Origin: Puccinia triticina
Taxonomy: Eukaryota
Direction: 5' to 3'
Assembly (NCBI GenBank): GCA_026914245.1
Contig: CP110440.1
Coordinates: forward strand, 3,472,001-3,536,000
Length of the DNA stretch: 64,000 bases
A program made the translations under genes and the position numbers. The notes beneath the pieces were generated by a model, which was given only the letters and a program-made list of their open reading frames with translations, searched no databases and was not told where the DNA came from. Numbering within the stretch: position 1 is the first letter of the stretch; every line of letters begins with the position of its first letter. Shown here one piece after another: positions 11,963-23,026 of the stretch.

Positions 11963-14519
11963 TCATACGCCATCAGGTGGTGTGGGGTGTAGAGGGAGAC
12001 GAACAGATGCGGGGGGCGCATGTTCATCGCCGCCAGCGCATACTGTCCCCCCTTTACTTGCCAAAATGTTGGATTGCTTGTGCAATCCTACCCCTCTTAA
12101 AAACTCAGAAACCTTCCGCCATCCGAGTGCTTTGGTGAAGATGTCGGCTAGCTGATGATCTGTCGAAATCCACTCAAGGCGAACTTTTTTCGAGTACAGA
12201 AGCTCATTGATGACGTGGAATTCGCGATCGACGTGGCGGTGCTCCTTTCTTGTTCGACAATCTGAGCTGATTTGCACTGCCGCCTTGTTGTCGCAAAGGA
12301 GTAAGGGAGGTGGAAGGTCGAAAAACCGAGATAAGACAGACGCCAGAACACAAGCGTCCTTCGACGCAAACGAGAGTGCCATGTATTCTGCTTGGCAAGT
12401 CGACCTAGCAACACAAGTTTGTCGTTTCGATGACCATGAAACTGGAGCACCCCAGACCGTCGAGATGAAACCATGTACAGAACAAGACGCCTCTCCGCCC
12501 CAATTTGCATCTACAAACGTGGTGATTCCGTCGGCGAGGGGCTTTGAGGCAATTATGGGCAGAGCAAGTCGAGCGCTGTATCTGATGTAGGAGATGAGGT
12601 GATCAAGAGCCGACCAGTGGGAGGCGTCGGGGGCCATTGAGAATCGGGCTAAAAAGTTGACAGCAAAAGTTATGTCTGGCCGCAATCCCATGGCGAGGTA
12701 GAGAAGACAGCCGATGCGGGATAGATATTCGATGTCCATCGAGCCATCTGAAGGGTTGGAAAGAAGATCAGAGGACGCAATCGGGGTCCGGGTGCAGATG
12801 GTTGAGGGTTGAAAGTTGAGGATTTTCTCGATCAGCATTGGCTGATCAATTTCAAAACCGCCGTCCACCTCGCGCACACGTAGCCCGACAATGCTGGACA
12901 AACATTGGTCCCACTTCAAGTCGAGAACCGATGACAGGCGGGATTTGAGAGAATCGAGAAGGGTGGATGAGCTGGCTGTAAAAAGGCCATCATCCACATG
13001 AACCCATAGAAACGCCCTGTCGTTGCCTGACCGATAGACATATGTCAATTGATCCTCCAGGCTCGGGAAGAAGCCGATCTTTTCGAGTTGAGTCTTCAGG
13101 TGTATCCACCAACAACGCGCAGCTTGGCGAGTGCCATACAAAGCTTTGCGAAGCTTCAAAACACAGCCTGGCCTAGCCGATACACCAGGAGGGGGGCGAA
13201 TGAAGACATCGTGATCAATGTCGCTGTGCAAGAACGCACTCTTGACATCAAATGAAGCCACCGGCCATCCAAGTCGTGACGCCATCGCTAGGAGGATTTG
13301 GAGAGAGGAAAAAGTTGGAGTAGGAGCAAAGGTTTCGCCGAAATTTCGCCCGTGGATTTGTTTGAAACCCTGAGCCACGATCCTGGCCTTGAACTTCGTA
13401 ATTTCCCCCTCCTGGCTACGCTTCAAAGCAAAAACCCAACGACATGTGAGAATGTCTCGGGCCTCCGCCTCGGGCACCTCCTCCCAGACTCGAAGATCGA
13501 CCATCATTCCTATTTCAGCGTCGATTGCCGCCTTCCACTCAGCGTGGAGAGTAGAGTTAATTGCCTGACGATACGTAAAAGGGGCGTCAGATGTGAAAGG
13601 GGACTCAGCAACGGCAGACTCCAAGCAAGCGTCTTGAAGCTCTAGCTCGCGAAGTTGACTAAAGTCGCCAAAGCGGTCAACGCGGATGGAGTTGAGGACA
13701 GCATTGACCGACCCAGAGTTCGTCATTTGCGAAGGTAGATTGTCTTCATGAAAGATCACGGAAGCGCCGCGCTCGAGTTTCTTTGATACCGGGTTCCAGA
13801 GAAGCCAGCCGTGCAACTCATCCAAAACACCGACATGTATTAGAGCCGTGGATCGCGGTACGAATTGTTTGGGGTAGTTGATGTCGTGAAGATACGCCCG
13901 GCAGCCAAAGACTCGAATCATGTCGAGAGAAGGCTGCTTGCCTAAAGACAGCTCGTAAGGGGATTTCTCTGCATCAGTATGAACAATGCGATTGAAAATG
14001 TACGCGGCTTGTTTCATAGCCAGAAAACAGAGGGAACTGGGTAACTTAGCATGGACAATGAAAGTTCGTGCCATGTCGAGAAGGGTGCAATTGGTGCGCT
14101 CGACATTGCCGTTTTGGTGATGCTCGTAGGGTACGCTGAGTTCATGTCTGATGTCAAGATCCTTCAAGAACTTATTGAATTTATTCGATGTTAGCTCTCC
14201 CGCATTATCCGACCGAATTGCCTTCACCGTATGAGGAGTCAACCGATTGAAATCCAAAATCCAGTCCAATACCGCCTTCCCTGCCGCCGCCTTGTTCTTC
14301 AAGCCAACCACCGAAGTCATCCTCGAAAAGATATCATGTAGCACAAGCCCATAAGTACTCCCATCCAATGCCTCAGGAAAAGGACCAACCAAATCGATTG
14401 CGACTACATCTCCCGGAGCGCCGGCAATCTCGCGGGACGGTGATTGTACCGGTGTGTGTGTACTTTTTGCAAGAGAACATGAATGGCATTTCAATTTAGG
14501 CAAAGACAATTTTTTCATA
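11963..14519 (-). pseudogene. copia-B pol, 3' part (integrase, RT, RNase H)
   Basis: CHSC..K; IDLVGP; RSDNAGE; NGNVER; KARIVAQGF; WVHVDDGL; ADIFTKAL. Confidence 0.95.
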
Positions 14520-15306
14520 CACTGCCAGAAAAACTCTAGAAACTGCTTGCAGTTGAGATGCAAGAGCTCCAACCAAACCCCTGCTCAAGCTCAACCCAAG
14601 CACTGGTTTTTGTGCTCAGGGGTTTCAAGTGGTGGCACATCCTGATTGAGAACTAAGGCAACTCAACGCCTGTGCGGCCCTGTGCACCATGACTCAGAAT
14701 GCTCATCCCTCTGCTAAGGATAAGCCAGCCTCCCTCGCAAAACCTCGATGACAGGCATTCTTCCTGGCCAACAAAGGCTACACAATCTGGATGTCCATGA
14801 GGCACTCCAGGGCACTCCTCCTGGCCGCAAGAGTTGGCACACAATGGCCAGCAGCACATAACGGCTGTCAAACAACGTAGGCTGGTGACGCGATGGCCAA
14901 TACATATTGGCCATCAAATCAAGCCAGCTCCACCTGATGGCGTTTGTACAGACCAGCCTCACGCGATGGGCGGCACATACAGCAAGGCCAGGAAAGCTTG
15001 CGGGTCCGGCAGCCTGAAAATCAACCAAACAACTTTGTTGATTTCAGCCACCGGACCTGTATGCCCTTCCAAACATTCCAACTCTTCCACCTTCTTCCAC
15101 CTCCGTCCCCCCCAATCGCCCCCCCCCCCTCCAACAAACATGCCCCCCGACCCATTTCCCCCTCCCCGCCCGACCGGACCCACTCACCATCCACCCACCC
15201 ACAATCCTGCCAGCCAGCCAGCCACCCGCCAAACCAAAAAAAAAAAACCGCTACCGGTGAGCAGGCCATTCCACTCCGCCGCCCCCATTCTCACCCATCC
15301 ACAGCT
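14520..15306 (+). repeat. Left long TIR
   Basis: Inverted copy of 19781-20562; mirrored ORFs in the track (14834+ vs 20247-, 15028- vs 20053+). Confidence 0.93.
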
Positions 15307-15627
15307 GACCCCTCCTTCCCCCTGCACCCATCCTTTGCCCGGCATCCAGACCCGCACAAGGCCTTCCAGCTGAGCAACTTTTCCGCCGGTGAGCAGCCCC
15401 AACCATCCATGCCAGCCTTCCCCCCCCCCATTCATCCAGCTGACCTTGTTCCCCCTGTGTCCTTTTCCCGGATTCCAGATCCGCACAAGCCCTTATACTG
15501 CTCCGCCGACAAGTCCAAGGACACCGCAGCCACTCAATCCCATCCCGCTAACGGTGAGCCCTGTTTTTTTTTGGGCCCTTGCTTCATGCTCCCCCCACTC
15601 ACCAATTTTTTCCCTTGGGTAGGCCCG

Positions 15628-16759
15628 ATGGTCTTTGTGAAGTACTCACGCGACGTCAAGGTAATTGTCGTCAAAATGGCCGTGCGAGGACAGACCCTCG
15701 CCGAGATCAATCGGACCCTTGACCACAAGGTGTCCAAAGACTCCCTCCTCCGGTGGAAAAATCTGTACCGACACACCCGCGATGTTGTCCGAGACCCGGC
15801 ACTGTACGCCAAGCGGGGTCGCCCTTTGGCCTTCAGCCGCGAGGAGGCCGAGTTTGTGCTCGCTGCGCTGGAGGCAGAGCCAACCCTGTACCTGGATGAG
15901 ATCCAGAATCACATCCAGGCAATGACCGGCACCCAACATCCCCTCAGCACGATCCAAGCCAAGTTGAAGTTCCGCCTCCTCATGACAAAGAAAACTGCCC
16001 GCACGGTCAACCCAAACCAATGCCCAGATGCTCGGGCAAACTACATTGCCCGCGTCGGTAATTACCCGGTGGAATTCCTGGTATTTGTCGGTAAGCAAGA
16101 CTTGCGGGAACTTTCTGTCTGCATTTGCGCTGTTACTAACCCATTGATTGGCCCCCAGACAAAGCTGGAGTATCGCTAGGAACTCACTCACGGGACAAGG
16201 CTTGGGCCCTCCGCAGATGCCGCACTCAACGCATCCCTAAGCCCCTGGGGGCCCCTCGCGTCTCGGTTCTCCCGGCCGTGTCGTTGGACGGGTGTCTTGA
16301 GTGCATTGCTCAGGTAGGAACAATGCGCCGCATTGACATGGAGTATTTTCTCGAGGATGTTTTGGTAAGATCTCCGGTCTGGTCCCATTGGTGCGAGTAA
16401 GATGTAATTGATTTGGTCTGCGTTATATCGTTTCCTAGATTCCAGTGATGAATCCTTTCCCCGGCCGAAACAGTGTCCTCATCATGGACAACGCCCCCAT
16501 CCACCATGGGGGTCAAATTGCGGAAATATGTGCGGACGCTGGTGTCCTTCTGCTGTATTTGCCGACATATTCACCCGACTTCAACCCTATTGAAAAGGTT
16601 TTCGCGACCCTCAAAACCTACCTGAAGCGCCTCGAAATACTCACTGGGACCCGACAGGATGCTCGGATCATCAAGGAGGTGCTCCCCAATGTAGCAAATC
16701 CTCGGATGATGAGGAACCTATTCCTCGGGAGTGGCTACTCGGCAGGAATGATGTTCTGA
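15628..16759 (+). CDS. IS630/Tc1-like DD34E transposase (3 exons; possibly damaged)
   Basis: HTH region MVFVKYS...GRP...PTLYLDEIQ; FLVFV/DKAG; introns 16091-16158 and 16365-16438; MDNAPIHH...LPTYSPDFNPIE with 34 residues between D and E. Confidence 0.9.
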
Positions 16760-17029
16760 TCCCCGTGGCGGTTCCATTCCGTTTCCTGATGATTTTCTTG
16801 TTTTATTCTTTCTTGTTTTATATTGTGCTTGCTTGTTGGTTGGCCTTTGAGGCTGACGCAACAGACCTTGCAATGCACAATCTACACTACCAAAAAAACC
16901 CTTCGGAGGATCGCTTGCCAAGCAACCCGCGGCGCGGTGCCTTCGTTCACCAACCATTGCGCGTTGGGTCCATTCCTACTGGGGCAAGCGCCCCCTGGGG
17001 GGCATTTTGTAACGCGCATTCCCCCGGCC

Positions 17030-17230
17030 TAAGTCCTCACTCGCCCCCTCACTCGCCCCTGGCGACTGCTTCTGCACAGCTAAGTCCTCACTCGCCCCAA
17101 TGTTGCAGCTGGCGCAATTGCATCATGTCTGCGATGTTCTTGCGATGATGATGGGTGCTGGGTCTGCACAGGCAAGTCCTCACTAGCCCCTGGGGGCTGC
17201 TGCTGCACAGCCAAGTCGTCACTCGCCCCT
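17030..17230. repeat. Short dispersed direct repeats AAGTCCTCACTCGCCCC (about 4-5 copies)
   Basis: Copies near 17031, 17082, 17174 and 17213, plus a partial one near 17049. Confidence 0.6.
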
Positions 17231-19599
17231 GGGAGCTGGTGAACCACAGCCCCTACCGATGCTCCCGCTGGATGACGCGCAGGCAAGTCCTACAGTCGCT
17301 GTGTTTGTTGCGACAAGGGCAGATCCAGGGTCTTCTTTCACATGGGCGGGCGGGATGACGACTGAGTCGGCTCGGGCGGCCGCCGTGGGAAGGCCTTTTG
17401 CGTTTGGGACGATGACGTGGGTTGGGATCAGCCATGTGGCCCCCTTGACCAATTGGCAAGCGATTGGGTACGGGAATCCAAGTTTCTCCTCCAATACCTT
17501 GGGCGAAGTCTGTAGGAAGAAATCCCACCGGCGGATATGGGACATCGCCAGTAAACCGCGCGTGATCACATCACCCTTATCAAAGCACAATAAGTCAAGG
17601 AAACCCTCAATTGTGAGGGCCTTCCCCGCCTTGTTGAGCGGATAGTCGGCCGTGGGGACGGACTCGGTCATCCAGGACGCCATGGAATCTGAGCGGGAAC
17701 GAGATGCCGGAGTCTTACGAGTGGGCGACACCGGCCGGCCCCTGGTCGGCGATCGGGGCCTGCCAAAGTTTAGGCGGCTGATTGTGTGGGCAATGCCATC
17801 CCCGTGCGGGCTGCGGGCGAGCTTGCGTGCAGGGGATCGATGGACATTGCCCTTGGAATCCATGTATGACTTTGGAGGCGGGAGGATCTCAATATCCGTG
17901 CTCGCCAGGCTGTTATGACGGGTCGAACACATGCGCACAGATCCTACCGGGCTGAACGGCGCATCCTCTGTGTCTGAGACATCGAGCTCGTCTCCCACCC
18001 CCTCAGCCCCCATGAGCTGAGGGATCAACGGTTCGCGAGCGGCCTTGGTGGGAGACGCCAAGGCGGTGCCGTCTGGGGCCGGAGGGCTGGGTTGCGCACC
18101 TGGGGCGGATGATACCAGTCGGGGTGGTATAAATCGGCTGGACGCGGTTCTTCGGGCCGGGGTAAACACAGGGGTGGCCGGCGTTGAGTCCCCGCCCGCG
18201 GGAGGCAACGTGGCCCGGGTCAGGTGGGCAGGCGAGCGCGGGTGGGTGGACGCCGCCCCAGACAAGCTCGGTTTTCGGGCCACCGAAGCAAACACGGGTG
18301 GGCGAGGCGGCGCCTTTGCCACAGCAGGGGTGGAGGTCACGTGCGTCGGCGGTCCGGATGGCAAAATCTCTTGGGCCGCGGCGGCGGACTTGTGCTTGGA
18401 GAGCCAATTGGTTGCCTGAGCCGCCAACTCGGCCAAGGTGTACACGGCCTCCTTCTCGGAGACAAACTGGTCGGTTTTTGGTGGGGTATCCTGATCGACC
18501 CCGTGCGCGCCGTGCAAGATCGCCATGCTCCACGTCTTATACCCATCGGCTGTCACACGGAACGATCTCGCGGGGTCTGCGGGGTCCTTGACGCGCATCG
18601 ACTCGCGATTGCCCCCGTAGAGCTGACGGTGATATTCGTACAGCTCTTGGGTGATCCTCATCCGTTCCTGGGCATCAACATCTGCATGGGGCTGACAAAC
18701 CAAACAAATCAGCCCCCTCCCAGGTATGAAGGTAACACAACAAAACAAAAGACTTGCGTTGCGGGCCACTCGGGCACTGGTCCTTTCGAGGGCCAACCGG
18801 TCGTCGTTGGACCCATAGGCTATCGCCAGGGCATCGGACTGAGCGCGCTCCTGCCCAGCAAGTAGCACGCATGTCAGTCCGAGCGGGAGAGTGCGGAATA
18901 GAAAGATTGCGCAAGAGAACTCACACTTTCACGCTCCTTGGCAGTCCGGCGGGGGTCAGCCATGATCACCCAGATGATGACCTCGGAGTTTGGGTTAGCT
19001 AGGATGGCGTCCACGTAAGAATCAAAATCCGCGTCGGACGCAATCACTGTGTTCCGTCCAACGCCAAATACGGCGTGCTTCTTGACGGCCCCCTGCCACT
19101 TGATGAGACCACACGCATCCATGAGGTCGATGTGGGTCCCGAGGTGCTGTTTTGTCTTGCCCAGAGCCTCCAATTGGAACTGAGCCCACGTGACCTGCTG
19201 CACAACCGTTGACAAGACTGCGGTTCCGTTTGGGTTGACCTTTTCCCAGTGCTTTTGCATCTCCGCAAGACCTTGCTTCGTGTGGATCACGGTGTTTGGA
19301 TTCGCCATGGCCAGCTGGCCTGCAACAGTTCGCTGAAATAAGCAGTGCTTGATATGGATGTTTTGTGGCTGCTGGGGCGGCTCGGTAGCAGTAGCGGTTC
19401 CAGTTGCATCAATCGGATTTTTGGGTTCGGTGGGCGATCCCTTGTAAAACAGCTTTCAGGCTGCAGCCTGCGAGTCTGGTGGCTGGGAGGGACCAAGGTA
19501 GGACTCCTGAGGCTCGCCCGGCACGTTTCGGAACGGGAGCGGCTCCAAAGTCCCGCGGGTGAGGGTGAATCGAGGGTTACTGGGGTTTGAATTTGGCAT
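17080..19599 (-). pseudogene. Second (accessory) gene of the CACTG element, unknown function
   Basis: ATG 19599 (MPNSNPSNPRF...), in-frame TGA near 19456, continues through ORFs 18874-19308 and 17219-18868 with GT-AG introns; long P/S/R-rich middle; 3' end uncertain. Confidence 0.7.
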
Positions 19600-19780
19600 T
19601 GTCTGATTGCACCTCAATGGTCAGCCGGGGACGCACTGAGCAGGGGGGGGGCAGGACTGACCAAGTATTCCAAAGTTGTTTGCAGCAATCGAACGTCGGC
19701 GGTGCAGTTGAAGCTCTCGGGTGCGTCTGGATGCCGGGCAAAGTCGACGGCGGGCAGAGGAAGCAGATGGGAGGTCAGCT

Positions 19781-20562
19781 AGCTGTGGATGGGTGAGAAT
19801 GGGGGCGGCGGAGTGGAATGGCCTGCTCACCGGTAGTTTTGGTTCGGCGGGTGGCTGGCTGGCTGGCTGGCGGGATTGTGGGTGGGTGGATGGTGGGTGG
19901 GTCCGGTCGGGCGGGGAGGGGGAAATGGGTCGGGGGGCATGTTTGTTGGAGGGGGGGGGGGGCGATTGGGGGGGACGGAGGTGGAAGAAGGTGGAAGAGT
20001 TGGAATGTTTGGAAGGGCATACAGGTCCGGTGGCTGAAATCAACAAAGTTGTTTGGTCGATTTTCAGGCTGCCGGACCCGCAAGCTTTCCTGGCCTTGCT
20101 GTATGTGCCGCCCATCGCGTGAGGCCGGTCTGTACAAACACCATCAGGTGGAGCTGGCTTGATTTGATGGCCAATATGTATTGGCCATCGCGCCACCAGC
20201 CTACGTTGTTTGACAGCCGTTATGTGCTGCTGGCCATTGTGTGCCAACTCTTGTGGCCAGGAGGAGTGCCCTGGAGTGCCTCATGGACATCCAGATTGTG
20301 TAGCCTTTGTTGGCCAGGAAGAATGCCTGTCATCGAGGTTTTGCGAGGGAGGCTGGCTTATCCTTAGCAGAGGGATGAGCATTCTGATTCATGGTGCACA
20401 GGGCTGCACAGGCATTGAGTTGCCTTAGTTCTCAATCAGGATGTGCCACCACTTGAAACCCCTGAGCACAAAACCCAGTGCTTGGGTTGAGCTTGAGCGG
20501 GGGTTTGATTTGAGCTTGCTGCATCTCAACTGCAAGCAGTTTCTAGAGTTTTTCTGGCAGTG
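19781..20562 (-). repeat. Right long TIR
   Basis: Reverse complement of 14520-15306. Confidence 0.93.
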
Positions 20563-22406
20563 ATAGGGATTCCGGAAACACATTGACAAGGAATAGTGCA
20601 ATTGAAGAAACGGACAGCAATGTGGCCGAGACGATCGTGCCAGAGAGACGAAGCAGAGATACTAGATAATTGGGGACTTGAAACGGAAACAACCGGAGAT
20701 TTTGAATACGGGATGAACCATTGGTAGGTTCGGGTGTATGTGTGAAATGCAACACCGTCCTGATGAAATGAGAAAAGACCGCCGTCAAACTTAACCGAGC
20801 CGTCCCATCTATCGAAATAGCCGACTGAGACCACCGTGCCAGACACTTGAGGGACAAAGAGGACGTTGCTGAGCTTCAGATATCCATATCGCGTTGGAAT
20901 GACGGCGTCTCCGATCCCGCCTACGGGAATGCGCTCTTGAGACGCAACGCGCAGCTGCATATTAGCAGGCTGAAGGTTCACAAAAAAGTTGGAGTGCGAC
21001 GTTACATGGTGTGTCGCTCCCGTGTCGCAGAGCACATTGTCCTGACTTTCCGGAGGCGCTGAGATCAAAGCAAGTTCGCCTGGCTTGGTGACGAGGCAAC
21101 CAGACAAAACGCTTGACTTCTGGGGTCGCCATCCCGGGTTGTTGTGTCAAGGATCCTCGAGTGGGGGCTGGTTCTTTTTCACGCGGGGGCAATCCGGTCC
21201 CCAGTGACCCCATTCCCAGCAAACATGGCAGGGATAGTCGGGCGTCAGGTACTGCTTCGCCCAGTTGTCTGGAGGAGGAACCGGAGCCGATGAGGTCGAC
21301 TGTGCTCCCTGCCCCGACTGCCTTGGCATACCACGGGATCCACGAAAGCCGCCTCGACCGCGCGCACCCCGAGATTGGCCGGGTGGTCCACCACAATACC
21401 CCTGAGACGACATTGCCATTGCCGAAGCCGTTCCCGCAGCCGACGCTGACTGGTGAAGCCGGGTTGCCATTTGAAGAATTTCCTCCGGGCTGATCGCAAA
21501 ATCCGGTTTGATCGGGATCCGAGCATCCATGGAGTCAGCGATGGTCTGCTGATATCAATGGGCGATGGAGTGGAAAGACAAAGATAATAACTTATCTTTG
21601 GTCAATCCCCCCAGCCTCTCATCCAAATCGTACCAGCTCCGCTTCATAGCCTCATAGCTGGACAATAGCGAGTCTGATGCATCTGGGGCCTGTGCAATGT
21701 CAGACCAACACTGAAGGAGGAGAGACCAGGAGGTGCCTGCAAATCGTCCTTTCAAGGAGTTGTAGGCCCCATACGCTGTCAACCTGTTGAGGGAGGGGCG
21801 TAGCGCCGAATCAATCGAGTGTTGCAAAAGCGCCAAGATGCCGTTTGAGGTAGCCGGGTCGGTCGCCGATGTGTTGGTTTCGAAAAACTTGTCGTTATGA
21901 GTGATCCCCTTGACCGTGTTGTTGACTGCCGCCGACCATAGAGGGAAATTGCTGCCATCCAGTGATAGTTGAGGATTGACCGACTTCCCGAGTTGATTGG
22001 CGGCCAGAGCATTCGAAGCAGTTGCAGCTGTTTGGTTGGATGCCGTGAGATTTTGAATGAGGAGGACCTTGAGGAGGTCGTCGTCAATACCGCCTAGACC
22101 AGATTTATCAAGTTCGCGGGCCAGAATGGTGTCAAGCGACTCAGGAGGCAGGGACTCATTGGATCGGGGCTGAACCGTAGGCGAAGTCTGATTTGGTGGG
22201 AGTTGGTCGGTAGAGGATGACGGGAAAGGAATCTGAGATTGATCGTGCGACATGGTGTCAGAGGACAAAGAGGAATCGGCGGATAAGAAGGGATTAGAGT
22301 CAAACGACTCTTCAGGGATTGAAGCGAGGGGTCGACGGGGTGGGGTTACTCTGGCTGTGAAATCAGGAGTAACAAGGTCTGGCCGATCTGACCGTGTATT
22401 AACCAT
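20563..22406 (-). pseudogene. copia-B gag-protease-pre-integrase
   Basis: One frame with two TGA stops (21555, 21147); CHVCWEWGHWGPDC knuckle; LCDTGATHH; WHDRLGH. Confidence 0.93.
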
Positions 22407-22577
22407 AAATCTAGAAAGTATCCGCTAATCACAGAAGGATGATATGTCGGAGATGATTCTCGGAGATGTTGTAGCTTCACTGAAGGATGAAGATAGAACG
22501 ATATAAGCTCCACAGAAGGATGGAGATACTTTTAATGAAGAGAGTTGACACCCCGCTGGTCACAGCGCGGGCTCATA

Positions 22578-22796
22578 CACCACGGACGCAAAACTCCAAA
22601 GGTTGTTCAAAGGTACTTCGAATGAACTTCAAAGGAAAATCAATTCAGTTGGGACGTCGCCAACTGGGTCAAAATCAAAAATCTCGCATATTGTCCAAAT
22701 AATACTTGAGTTTTTTTCAAATGCTTGTTTAAAAAGATGGATTAATGCCCATTCGAAGTTTCTTCGAACTGAAATCTTAAAAGTGCGTCCGTGGTG
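22578..22796. mobile_element. 219-bp Tc1/mariner-type MITE inserted in the copia-B PBS
   Basis: 13-bp TIR CACCACGGACGCA; TA on both flanks; splits GGTTA/TGAGCCC. Confidence 0.88.
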
Positions 22797-22801
22797 TAAC
22801 C

Positions 22802-23026
22802 TGTAGAACTGTGTATCCTAAAAATAGAATGAGATGAAAAACTCCCCCAAGGGAAAACTATATTTCGAGAGAGAGAGCGAGTATTTATATGGTTTGTAAA
22901 TACATAGTTTGGTTGATGAGAAACTAAAAACATAACAAGCTATGTATATAGAAAATATGTAAACAAAGTGACATGAGAAAATGTAAAAATATAAAGATAG
23001 AAATAAACACATATTTTGATATAACA
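22802..23026 (-). repeat. 5' LTR of copia-B
   Basis: Direct repeat of 11475-11699, followed by TSD ATTCC. Confidence 0.95.

Larger units (their letters stand above)
14520..20562. mobile_element. 6.04-kb TIR DNA transposon with CACTG ends, 3-bp TSD, ~790-bp TIRs and two convergent genes
   Basis: CACTGCCAGAAAAACTCTAG... at 14520 and its reverse complement ending at 20562; ATA on both flanks; excision restores the copia frame VSGIP-MKKLSLPKLKCHSC. Confidence 0.93.
11475..23026 (-). mobile_element. Full-length Ty1/copia element (copia-B) carrying two nested insertions
   Basis: 225-bp TG..CA LTRs at 11475-11699 and 22802-23026; TSD ATTCC; PPT adjacent to 11700; gag-PR-IN-RT-RH on minus strand. 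Confidence 0.97.

Noticed and set aside
14653..15622. ORFs duplicated at 19621-20428
   Set aside because: They are mirror translations of the TIRs; the 411-aa ORF is only coding-like from ATG 15628.
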